A stretch of 64,000 nucleotides of DNA from Camelus dromedarius (taxonomy: Eukaryota). The stretch is from the NCBI RefSeq assembly GCF_036321535.1, contig NC_087437.1, forward strand, positions 26,228,001 to 26,292,000, read 5' to 3'. The notes under the pieces were generated by a model, which was given only the letters and a program-made list of their open reading frames with translations, made no database searches and was not told the DNA's origin. Positions 36,336 through 48,060 of the stretch are shown in pieces; within the stretch, counting starts at the first letter, position 1; each line of letters begins with the position of its first letter. The translations under genes and the position numbers were made by a program.

Positions 36336-38637
36336 ACTTGTATTCTCAAGCACTGCGCTAGGCCACCTCCTCTAGAGGGTTTAGGGTAAACCCGGGCTTC
36401 TTTCTGTTTTAAATAAGGCCTCACAAATGGAAGCGGGGCATGTGGAGCATAAACAGGCTCAAGGTCATGTGTGGACATCCTAACTTCAGTGCCAGGAGAC
36501 CCAAGGGTGTAACTGGATCTCCTTTGAACTTATTTGGTTAAGTTGAAGCAACAGAACTCACCTTCCAAGATGATAGTAAGTCTGATCACAGAGCTCAGCT
36601 AGACTGGCAAGTCTGGATGAAGGAGAGCATTCAGGGATCAGCTGTCTTCAAGTTCAGTTCTAAGTGCTTAAGGAAGACCCTCTGGGGTGGTGGATCTCAT
36701 GCAACTGAATATCATTTCCCTTTCACCCTTCCTGCACACCCCACACATGTCTACCTTTGTAAAAGACTTCTTTTAAACAACATAGAGTAACTTACCTACT
36801 TAACAAAATAGAGCATGTTTCTATCGGAGCTGAAACAAATGTGTAAATCATTTCTGTCTACATCCCATCTATCTACACCTCAAAATCCAGCTCAAATCCA
36901 ATCTGTCCAAGTCCACCAACAGCATTTTCACTGCAAAAAGTTACCACTAGGTCTGCCCCGCATGCATCCAAGAATGAACTATATCTCCAGGCTGCGGAGA
37001 CTACACACAACACCCTTTACATAAGAATCTCAAGCTCTTTGACTACAGTGCATTCCAAAGACTCTATTTGCTCAAAATGACGCAAGTGGAGAGAATGCAG
37101 AAATGTGGAAGAATCCATGTCACCCTCAGTAGGAACAATTCTGCACTGGGATTAAATTTGCTGAATGAACCACAGATCCCTAAAAACAAATGTGCTGCCA
37201 TTCTTACTTTATGGTCCTGAAAATGGCACCAGATGATGCGCTTCTCTACCTTGGCTTTTGCCTCACGTGAACTGTTTGGAGGTATGCTAAATATGGCATT
37301 GGAAAGAGCAAAAAACAGCTCCAACAGAGAACCCAAGAGCTCCAAGGCCTCGCTTATGAAGAAACAGTCCTTGCTTTTAAACTTTGCAAGCTTCTTAAAT
37401 TTGCTTCTTCCCTGTCTACTTTTTAAAATTCCAGACGGTCATGCTAATCACAGCAGTCTTTGTGAAACTCTATTTCTGTGATTTTTTTCTTTTTTAAAAA
37501 AAAACTCAAGTAATGTTATTGGAAGGAAGCAGAAAACCACAGTGCCCAAACAGAAGTGACTAATGCTGGTAGCAAGTGCTGTAAGAAATAAGGTCCCACA
37601 GAGAAGGAGACCACTGTGCCACAGTAGCCTGTTGTTTGTTTCCGTGGCCATGACTATTTGGAGACTAGCAACCAGATTTTCCAGCTCTCTTGATGTGTTA
37701 ACCAAAGTCACCAGGTGCAACTCCTTTCATGGGCAATCTTTTGCTAAAAATGATAGAAAGGGAAAAAAGGAAGAAAATCAAAAACTAAAGAGGAGAGGAA
37801 GAAATTCAAGTAAAACACTCAATTTAGTAGAAGACAGAGTCGTCCTGTGTGCCTACGCCTCACTACATTACAGATCTATTTTTAAAGAACTACGTACGTT
37901 CTGTTGTCTGTCTTACGCACTGCAGGCGTTCTCAAAAAGTTTCTCATGGAAGACGGGCCAGTGATCTAACATTAAACTCTTCGAATTCCTCTACTATCAT
38001 TTCAACATGTCGCTGGCACAGTTTCAAAACTGGTATGCGGTTTTCCTTTGGTGTTAGAAGGAGGTTTGCTCTGGGTCCCGAAATGGCTTTATCATTTCAC
38101 CTTCCTTATCTTTAGTCTTTCAACTCTCACTCACCTTTAGCTAAAAAATACTTTGATAGAAATCGTGAATCCATCCCCCACACCCTTCCCCTGCAAAAAT
38201 AATGCCCCTACCTGCTGTACACCCTGCTCCCCAGCCCCACCTGATGACATGAAGGGTGATATTTCTTCATGAACATAAAATAGTTTATCTCAAAAACAGC
38301 AAGGGGCTTGTTTTAGCCCTGTCTCATGAGATGTTTCCCAGACAGCAATGTTTCAGTTGCAGCCAGGTTAACTGAAGTACATTTGGGATGACACTGCTTT
38401 TACTAGTTTCCCTAGTTTTCCATCAAGGTCATTATTATTTGAATAATAGACTTATTTTTCAAAAACCATGAAAATACAATCAACTGGAAATTTACTAGGA
38501 ACATTAAATGATGAATGTATACCAATAATATAATATATGAATAATGCATCATAATAATAACAATCATTTGGTATTTACTACCAAATTCTACTTTCCCACA
38601 GAGTACAGAAAATAAAGAATTGATGTACTTGATCCAA

Positions 38638-38780
38638 GGGTATGAGAGTATAGCTCAGTGGTAGAGCGCATGCTTAGCATGCACGAGGTCCTAGGTTCAA
38701 TCCCCAGTGTCTCCATTAAGGGAAAAATTAAAAATAATAATTAAAATTAAAATAAATATATGTAAAAAGAGAAAAAAAAA
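38638..38780 (+). mobile_element. Vic-1-type SINE
   Basis: 'gtatagctcagtggtagagcgcatgcttagcatgcacgaggtcctaggttcaatccccag' plus an A-rich tail. Confidence 0.93.
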
Positions 38781-39299
38781 TTCTAAAGTCATGCTATGAT
38801 GCCATTAGCTATGAAAGGCATCCCAAATCATTTACATTTGCAAAACGCGATCTTTCTTTTTTTATGAATTAAAGCCTGTATCCACTGAATAACACCACTT
38901 GCATGAACTTCGTTCTGACCTCTTACATGAACAGAAGAGAAATAATAATTTCTATAGGGAAGCATAGATCTGTATAAGTGGAAACGATATTATTGCTTTC
39001 AGGACTAATCTGCCACGTGTGCATAGAGAAAAGAGGTAAAATCCTGATGAACAAGCTGGAGGCTACAACTCATGGCAGAGGAGAAGTTGCGTATAATGCT
39101 GAAACTCCACAGCGCTCTCTGAGTGACCTCAATTCATGCTGATCGAGCTTAACTGCATCTCCTCATTGCTCTCCTGTAGGCCTGGCAATGCCAAGCTCTC
39201 TCCCACGTATGCGTGCGATCACTCCTGTCAGCCCGCAGGGGCAACGCTTGGAGCTTTGTCTCCCACCGTAGTGAAGGTATGGGGTTATTATCTGCTCTG

Positions 39300-39660
39300 C
39301 TTCTCTTCCCGTCTTCAGGCCACAGAAGCTCCCACCCCACCACCACGACCACCACCACCACTTCCATTCCAACTAGGTGGTTCTTGGGTGGTGACCGATC
39401 CAATGCCTTGCTCGGCTGAGCTCAGGAAAGAACAAATGAGCAGATACTAGCATACACTGGAGCTTGGGGTAGAAGGAAGCCCTTTCATCCCTTTGACATT
39501 GTTTACTCGGAATATATGACGCCCACATCTGCCTAAGGCCACGCACACTCCTGCCACTGGAGAAGATAATGTGGCCAAGGGGAGAAGAGATGCCAAGGAA
39601 ATACATGGGAGTCCAAATGATACTGATGTAGCCCCTGCATCTGGCACCAACCTTGGCCTC
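39300..39660. mobile_element. Possible degraded ERVL-class LTR (LTR16/LTR33-like)
   Basis: Weak resemblance only ('ccattccaactaggtggttcttgg', 'gagtccaaatgatactgatgtagcccctgcatc'). Confidence 0.3.
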
Positions 39661-39690
39661 ACTTGGGACATGCACCGGCTAGTGAGCGCT

Positions 39691-40528
39691 AGCTGTCACT
39701 CACACACACACAGCGGTCACTCACACACGCACACAGCGGTCACTCACACACACACACAGCGGTCACTCACACACACACAGCTGTCACTCACACACACTCA
39801 GCGGTCACTCACACACACACACACAGCGGTCACTCACACACACACACCTCGGTCACTCACACACACACACAGCGGTCACTCACACACACACACCTCGGTC
39901 ACTCACACACACACACAGCGGTCACTCACACACACACAGCGGTCACTCACACACACACACACAGCGGTCACTCACACACACACAGCGGTCACTCACACAC
40001 ACACACAGCAGTCACTCACACACACACAGCGGTCACTCACACACACACACAGCGGTCACTCACACACACACAGCTGTCACACACACACAGCGGTCACTCA
40101 CACACACACAGCGGTCACTAACACACACACAGCTGTCACTAACACACACAGCGGTCACTCACACACACACACAGCGGTCACTCACACACACACACAGCGG
40201 TCACTCACACACACACAGCTGTCACTCACACACACACAGCGGTCACTCACACACACACAGCGGTCACTAACACACACACAGCTGTCACTAACACACACAG
40301 CGGTCACTCACACACACACAGCGGTCACTCACACACACACAGCTGTCACTCACACACATACAGCGGTCACTCACACACACACACAGCGGTCACTCACACA
40401 CACACACAGCGGTCACTCACACACACACACAGCGGTCACTCACACACACACAGCGGTCACTCACACACACACACAGCGGTCACTCACACACACACACAGC
40501 GGTCACTCACACACACACAGCTGTCACT
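39691..40528. repeat. Compound minisatellite: GCGGTCACT(CA)n units, about 38 units, mostly 21-23 bp
   Basis: 39 GTCAC cores counted by hand. Variant cores are GCTGTCACT, TCGGTCACT, GCAGTCACT and GTCACTAA. The array begins and ends on AGCTGTCACT. Confidence 0.97.
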
Positions 40529-42185
40529 TTCAGCTGGAATGGCCCTGGCTGGTCCACTCTCACTCACAGGCCAGAGACAAGACTATATTCTGTGCTATGT
40601 TCACAGCCAAAAGGTCCAGCCTCTACCATCTAAGCCCTTCCAGGTAACTGGGTTATCTGTCACCTTGGAGGCATGGGTCACACAAGATCCAGTTAGCTGC
40701 ATTTTTCTAAAGTACCAGTGTATGTGCTAAGAAGAAACTGGCTCATTTCTGTTTCTTCTGAAAATTAGAAAAATCATAATCACTCAATCTTCATAAAAGT
40801 CTCTTCTGAGGAAAAGCTGGCTGTTAGTGAGACAGATAACTCTGCCTTTTTTTTTTTTATCGCTGCCTTCTGCAAGAGTTATTGTGACTTTGTTTGTTTT
40901 TAATGAAGCAGAAATTAGGACCACATGCAAACAAGTGTTTTCTCATAAGGAAGACATGAGCTGTTCTAAGCACAGCACTAAAAGCCCTGACTCAAAACTA
41001 AACATCATCTCCTTAATCACGAACACACCTCCACACAGCATCCTGAGTTTCCCATTTAAGTACCAACCAAGGCCCTCCCTTCCTAGACGTCTGACGCCCG
41101 GTTGAGCTCACAGATCAAGGTGACACTCATAAATCACTCGTAGTGATGAACGTGCTGCAACCACATAGTAATGGCTGCGAAGTAATTGTCACTCACTCAC
41201 GAACAATGAGTCTTCCTGCAGGGCCCAAGGAGAAAAACATCACACATGGCATTCTGAGTCAAACCAAGGTCCAAGAGGCAGGTCTTCAATTAGGAGAATT
41301 GTCCATGCCAAGATTTCAGTACGAAACAATTGTAAATAAATTGATCCCTCTCTGTCAATCCTTTACATTCATTACTGAACTTACTAGTTAATAAGAGGCT
41401 CCAAAAGGGCACCCCAAACCCAGTAGACAGTCAGTAACGCAACACTGAGGGGCACACCATGTCAGATAGGCATGCCTCAGGCCTCATGATCACAGTACCC
41501 ACGGGGTTTTCTCCTCCCCTAAAATCCACTCAGTTGAAATCAGTCACTATACAAAACAAAGCTAACAACTTTTGCTTGAGCCAGAATTTTAAGAGAATGT
41601 TTGTACACAACTATATATATACATGTATACAGTGTGTAAAAAAATTAAAAATACTGACATGAACTGATGCCATGGTTAATATACAAATGAAAAAAATTTT
41701 TTTACTTTATTTAAATAATTTGCATTAAAAACCCAAAAGCACACTCAGTATTATTGGTTAGAGATGAACTTCTACTCGTCTGTTTCCAAACTCCAAGCGA
41801 AGGCAGTGCAGGCGTTTGCCCGTGAAGACTACAAAAGGGCATTGGGGGGAAGTTGCCCGAGTTTGAATGTGTGCTCAGATGGGGTGACGAAACACACTGA
41901 ACAAAGGGGTGCATCCAAGAATAGTATCAAAAACAAGGTGTTGCCCAAGCTTGGCACATGGTGAACAGGTAGTTGAACACCTACTCTGTCCTGAGGCCAC
42001 CAGGCAGCTGCTTAGCCAATACTTTATTTACGTCTGGCCCTGCCCTGTCTTAGTTCACACCAGTGTAAGAGCCTGCCCACTGGGCCACTCCCCAGCACCT
42101 CTCCAAAGCAAAGAAATCTTAGGCCAGCTAAGCTAGAGGCTAACAAAAAATGTGACATGAGACTCGACAAGTATCTTAGGGACTT

Positions 42186-42369
42186 AAAGTTGCCAGATTT
42201 AGCAAATAAAAATCGAGGATACCCAGTTAAATCTGGATTTCAGATAAACAACAATTTGTTTAGTACAGTATGCTTAGGAAATATCTGGGATAAACTTATA
42301 CTAAAAATGTACGCATTGTTTATCTGAAACTCAAATGTAAATGGACACCTGTATTTTATCTGGCAGCCC
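42186..42369. mobile_element. MER53 palindromic hAT MITE
   Basis: Termini 'gttgccagat' and 'atctggcagccc'; internal inverted arms 'tttcagataaacaa' and 'ttgtttatctgaaa'. Confidence 0.88.
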
Positions 42370-44024
42370 CATTTAACCCATCACCTATTCCCACTTCTTT
42401 CCTAACCACAAGCCAAACATCCTAGGATACACCTGCCTCCATTTTCAATCATGTAGGTGTCGTGAGGGGTAAATCAACCCTGAATTTATGCTGAGCAGTG
42501 AAATGCAACGAGGAATACAAATTTTGATAGGAAAAAGCTACCCTTTATTCACCTAAAGGTGAGGCAGCTGAGAGAAAGGAAGACATGCCAGCTGCCTTAC
42601 ACCATGAACTTCCCTGTACCCCTTGGAAACACCAGAGAAGCCAGGAAAGGGGGGTAAGGTGGTGACAACTGAAGAGAGTGTGATGTGGCTACAGGGGGCA
42701 TCCCAAAATCAAACTGGTCAAAATTTGTACTAAACCAACCAGGGGTATCCATGTTGTATGGCCCAGGGAACCACAGGGCTTTTTATCCGTTGATAAGATT
42801 TATAAAGCTCTCCAGGGTGGGTCTTCCCCCTTTGTACAGTGTAGCCTGTGAGGGTCTTTTTTTTTTAAGGGCATATTGGTTTAAAAAAAAAAATTCTAAA
42901 GGCATTTAAAAAAACAAAAAAAACCCTCCCATTACTAACCCAGCGTGGAGCACGTGGAGTTGCAGGCGTTGCAAAAGGGAAACCCAAACGTACAAACACT
43001 AGTCTAACAAGTAGCTTCCACTAAAACTATCTGGTCCTTGGTATTGCCCATTGTTTGTTACGATGAGCTAATTCTTCCCATGGAAGTCTCTTTCTCCCAC
43101 ATGATGGAGCGTGGGTATCCCTGCCAACAGGAAATCCAAGATGAGCTTCTGGAGGTTTGGAAAAATGACTACCTAGATCAAGTCCAACTATTTCAGGCTT
43201 TAGCACATGGAAAAATTCTAACCTGATGATACAAATCTTACAGGCCATTCTTCCAGTAGTAATCTCTGCCAAATATTTTAAGGAAAGATCAAAAGAAAAG
43301 CATTTTTTCCTAATTGTGCAGCATAAGGGTAAAAGCAAAAAAAGGCTTCCCCGACTCCTACAGCACGTTCAAGACTGAAGACTGGAAAGACGTTAGCCTC
43401 CCTATTTAAGTAAATAATACTGCTTTTAAAAAACAATCTCACTATTTTCTCAATCAAGCTAAAATATTTGCCTTTGATCTAAAAGCACAGTCCCTCCAGC
43501 TCACAAAAATATTTATATTTGTACTTCCCACCTATTTACTGGGGGTATTTAAGCTCTTACAGAGAAGGACCTCTGGAGCTATCTATGAACTACTTCAATA
43601 TTTCTTAGGTTAGGGAATCCACTAGGCCAAGCGAACCCCCAACCAGGACTTGACTGTGGCCTCCCAGACTCTTTCCATTGTACCCTGTGGTTCCCCCAAC
43701 CTCACTCCCATGCTCTGTCATTTCTGAATCTGAAAAAATAGTCTATCTCTCCTATTTCCCAAATATCAGTAACTTGTTGTCCAGAGTCTTGGTGAGAGCT
43801 GAAACAAAGCATGAAGATAGCCTTCTTTACTACAACCATCTGTGACAAAGAAAATGTCTCTTGTTTTAGATATAACTGACCCTAATAATGCCTCAAAAGC
43901 TCCTATGAGTTTTAGACTGGGGAAAAGCACATCTTAGAAGAATTTTTTAAAAATCTTTCAAGACAGCCAACCCCTGTACTCTGGAATTTTTTATTGTAAA
44001 AGCATATGACAATATGAAAAGCAT

Positions 44025-44155
44025 GGGGTGAGGGTATAGCTCAGTAGTAGAGCGTGTGCTTAGCATGCATGAGGTCCTAGGTTCAATCCCCCAGTACCTC
44101 TATTAAAAAAATTTAAAATTTAAATAAATTAACTTAATTACCTCCCCCCACTAAA

Positions 44156-44158
<3 letters not shown>
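44025..44158 (+). mobile_element. Vic-1-type SINE (long form)
   Basis: 'gagggtatagctcagtagtagagcgtgtgcttagcatgcatgaggtcctaggttcaatcccccagtacctc' plus 'aattacctcccccc'. Confidence 0.93.

Positions 44159-44216
<58 letters not shown>
44159..44216. repeat. Perfect (CA)29 microsatellite in a SINE tail
   Basis: Directly visible. Confidence 0.97.
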
Positions 44217-44221
<5 letters not shown>

Positions 44222-45989
44222 GTGAAGTTACAGTGATGAGATTTCCTGTGGGTCTTTCTTTCTTAAAACATTTTAAAAATTATCATTATAAATTATCTTT
44301 CTTCTTCCTCTACCCCTAGCAATGAACAGGAAGAGATTTTTAAAAGAAAATCTCAGGACAAAAGAAAATCAGCAACTTATCTCAGACTAATAGACAAAGA
44401 TGAAGACCTAAAATATTCAGAGGTATTTGCTCTCTCCACAATCCTTTCTGGTCACCTTGCAGATAGGATACACTTCCATTTGAGGACAGGTGATAAGAAT
44501 TTCTTCTTGCTCTATCTCTAGACCAACTCAGACCTGCTCAGCTCATGGTATTTTCCAGGCAACCATGAGTTAAGAGACACAGGGCCAAGGCCTGTCACTT
44601 CATGTAAGGCCCCAGTCACATGCTCAAGCACTTCTGCCCTTGTTGGGCTGCCAAACAGAAGGAGTTTGCATGTAAGTCAGGGCCCTGAGCTCCAAAAACA
44701 ACAGGAAGCAAAGTCATGATGCTGAAGGTAATGACCCTTCCTTTTCCATAGTCATGGTATAGACCACCACGCCCTGACATCACCCCAGAAATGGTGTCCA
44801 TTCTCATCCCATCCACTGGTTTCTGTACAGTTTGCATCTGGAGGCAGCAAACTACATTTCCTTTACTCCTTCCTTCCTCCTTTCTAAGCTCTATTTAATT
44901 CTGAAAAGAGTCACAATTTAATGATGGAAAGGTCAGACTTCACAGAAAAAAAAGGGTGTCAGTTCCCCAGAAACAAATCTCCTTTTGTCAAGCTCTCCCA
45001 CACGAAATCTGGTCATGTCAGCCTGGACATGTTGGCCTATGCCCAGTTGCTGTGCACAGTTCAGACCAGTGGGAAGGATACCAGGCAAGACCTGTCCACA
45101 CACACCTGGGGCCAGAACAGAAGAGAGGAGGGAAGATTCCTAAAGCCCCACAGTCGATTTTTCAACCTCCCACCAAGTTCACAGGGGCAGATGCTAGATT
45201 TGATGAGGACAGTGTCTTACTTTCCATTTTCTCAAAAGACCTGCTGCTGTAAGAGTTGTATATTTCCAAAGCCTACTTACATTAAACAATTAAAAAAAAT
45301 GTATTTTGGGTGTGGAAGCAGATCTTGCCTAAAATCCAAAATTGTAGAGTTCCTTGATTCTTAATAACAATAGTAGCCAAATCAGTGACACTGTTATGAA
45401 CACCACCCTCCAAGTATAGTCCGGATTAACATTTCATCTCTTATTCTATTTACCAACAGAGGCATTTCAATCTTCACATACAAACCACAAATATAAGAGC
45501 TGTTGGATGTTTAATAACCATTAAAAAAAAAAAAAGCTCAGGGTATCAGCTACACTCTTGAGACTAAAGCCTGCAAAGGAAGCACTCCACCTCCCTTGCC
45601 CTTCTCCACAAAGAGTCAGATTCATTCCCTATCTTCTTCTCAAAGAGGGAAGAAAGGTCTCACCCTCCAGTCATTCTCAAATGGCCTGATGGGTAGTGGC
45701 CAGAGTACAAAGCCAGACCCAAAAGCAAGAAAGACCATTAACGCATGAAAGGGGAGACATTTAATTGTCCCAGTGAGACTCAGCAGGTCCACCCTGGCCA
45801 CTGCAACTGGGACGATGGCCCTGGGGTCCATGCTTTGACAACTTTAAGCTCTTACTTTTTACAACCTTCATTTTGACTTATTGACTCAATCATCTTTATA
45901 GCCATAATGAGGTCCCTCTGCTCTGATGGAGATGCCCCAGGCTCCATGCCCTTCCTAGCATGACCCTGACAGTAAGGAAGCAGGCAGGG

Positions 45990-46092
45990 TAGTCTCCATC
46001 TTACAAATGAGGAAGCCGAGGTTTGCTGAAGTTATGCAAGCTCGTTAAGTGACAGAGCTGTGATTCAAACCAGAATGTCTGACTACAGAGCT
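45990..46092 (-). mobile_element. MIR
   Basis: 'ctccatcttacaaatgaggaagccgaggtt...gattcaaaccagaatgtctgactacagagc'. Confidence 0.75.
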
Positions 46093-46271
46093 CACGAGTC
46101 GTCCCTCCAACTGCTCCCCACTGCTGATGACCAAATATCCAACCCCCTGCCCATCCCCACCCCACAAACACAACCAGCAGGCCCGGATTCCTACTTTTAA
46201 AGCAGCAGAGGGAAACCGCTGTTGGCAACTGTAGATACCACAGCAGGAAAGCCCATTTTCCCCTCAATAAG

Positions 46272-46750
46272 TGTAACTAGCCAAAAGGTGGAAACAACTC
46301 AAATGCCCATCCATAGACGAATGATAAACAAGTGTGGTATATAATACAATGGAATATTATTAAGCCATAAAAAGGAATGAAGTACTGATATATGCCACAA
46401 CATGGAGGAACCCTGAAAACACTAAGCCAAGTGAAAAAAACCAGTCACAAAAGAGCATATATGATTCCATTTATAGGAAATGTCCAGAACAGGCAAACCT
46501 ATACAGACATAGAATAGTGGTTGCTTAAGGCTGGGGAAGATGAGGTTATGGGGTGGGGAGGGGAGGGTAAAAGCTAATAGTTACCTAACTAGTAAGGGAT
46601 TATCTTTGTGGTGATGAAATTATTCTAATATTAATTGTAGTGATGGTTGCACATTACCTGTGAATATGCCAGAAAACCACCGAACTGTACACTTTAAATG
46701 GGCGAAATGTATGGCATATAAATTACATCTCAATAAAGCTGTCTAAAAAA
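46272..46750 (+). mobile_element. L1MB-like 3' end
   Basis: 'tagccaaaaggtggaaacaactcaaatgcccatc...acaatggaatattattaagccataaaaaggaatgaagtactgata...ctcaataaagctgt'. Confidence 0.9.
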
Positions 46751-47689
46751 TTGTGTCATCAGTTAAGCAAATTAAAAAAGACCTTAGCTATTACCTCATT
46801 CAAGTTCATTTTAAAGGCAAGGAGACCTAGCAACCAGCCCAGTAGGAGGGTCTGAATCCATGTCCCAGTGGGCCCCACCTGCCGGTCCCTTTGCTCACCG
46901 TCCCCGGGTCTTTGGCTCAGGCCCAGGCCATGGATAATGGGAGACCCTCATCCCCACCCCTAAAGAGTTTAAATGCAGTTGGTTTTTTTCCAGCCCAAAA
47001 CAAGGAGGGTCTATCTAACAGCACTGGGTTCGGAGAAGGTGAAGACCATGGGAGCAGAGAAGTTTGGGCAAGAGGTGAGGCCTGAGATGGGCTTCCCAGG
47101 AGGAGTGAACTGGATGGAGGCCCAGAGAAGAGAAGTGAGGGCACATCTGGGAAGGGAGACAGGTGCTGCCAGTTAAGTATTCAATTTACACGAGGCCTTT
47201 CATATGATGTTTAAATAACATGACAGTCCCATATATATATATACCTATATATCTAAGGGGAGGCACTCGCTCCAACACAGTTTTACAGTGCAAACTGCCT
47301 TTACCTTGAAACTGGCTCTAGGAAACATGCTGAGAAATCAGGGTAAGTCTTTCTAGATGTACCTCTGCCCTTTAGGCTAGCTGAATGAATGCTTCTCCAC
47401 ATGCTCCATTCTGGGATCTGAATGTGTGTGGAAGCCATCCTTCACCTACCTTGTAGGGAACACAGTTTCTGTGTTAGGGGACTGTGCTAGAAGAATGAGT
47501 AAACAGGACAGCCCAGACAGGACAGGATGCCAGGGAGAGCTCTGAAGTGGGAAGTGACAGGGTGAGAGCCGTCTTTACAGATGTCTAGCCTGGCGACAGC
47601 ACGACAGCACGCAAAGGCCTGAGGTTGGAGCCAGTGTGTGATCACCTACAAGTGAAGTATCAAGACCCACCCAAGGGGAGGGGCGACAG

Positions 47690-47796
47690 GAATGGAGAGG
47701 GAGGGAGGGAGGGAGGAAGGAAGGAAGGAAGGAAGGAAGGAAGGAAGGAAGGAAGGAAGGAAGGAAGGAAGGAAGGAAGGAGGGAAGGAAGGGAAA
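47690..47796. repeat. Polypurine tract with (GGGA)n and (GGAA)16 (47715-47778)
   Basis: Directly visible. Confidence 0.95.
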
Positions 47797-47861
47797 TCAC
47801 AAAAGAGAAAAACAATAAAATCCAACTACATCAAGACTTGTGGGAGGGAGCAGGGAAACAA

Positions 47862-48060
47862 CCCGGGTGCTGACTTTGGGCCCAGACTGCCTGGGTTTAA
47901 ATTCTTACTAGCTGTGTGATGCTGTCAAGCTACCGCAGTCCTCTGTGCCTCAGTTTCCTGAGTAAAGTCAGAACAGAAACTGTGTTTCTGTCAAACAGTT
48001 GTTGGGAGAGTTAAATGTGGATAGCGCTTTGAATAATGCCTGGCACTGAGTAAGTGCTCC
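47862..48060 (+). mobile_element. MIR
   Basis: 'ccagactgcctgggtttaaatt...ctctgtgcctcagtttcct...tgcctggcactgagtaagtgctc'. Confidence 0.85.

Noticed and set aside
38645..38715. tRNA gene (also applies to the other eight copies)
   Set aside because: A/B boxes are present, but the copies have A-rich tails, often TSDs, mutual divergence and no evident acceptor stem. They are SINEs.
39691..40528. CRISPR-like repeat-spacer appearance
   Set aside because: The spacers are just (CA)n rather than unique sequences, there are no cas genes, and the DNA is mammalian.
39571..40647. 358-aa His/Thr-rich ORF
   Set aside because: It is the translation of the minisatellite, which is nearly stop-free by composition. 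It starts at GTG and drifts between repeat frames.
47625..47919. (RKEG)n ORFs
   Set aside because: Translation of the (GGAA)n microsatellite.
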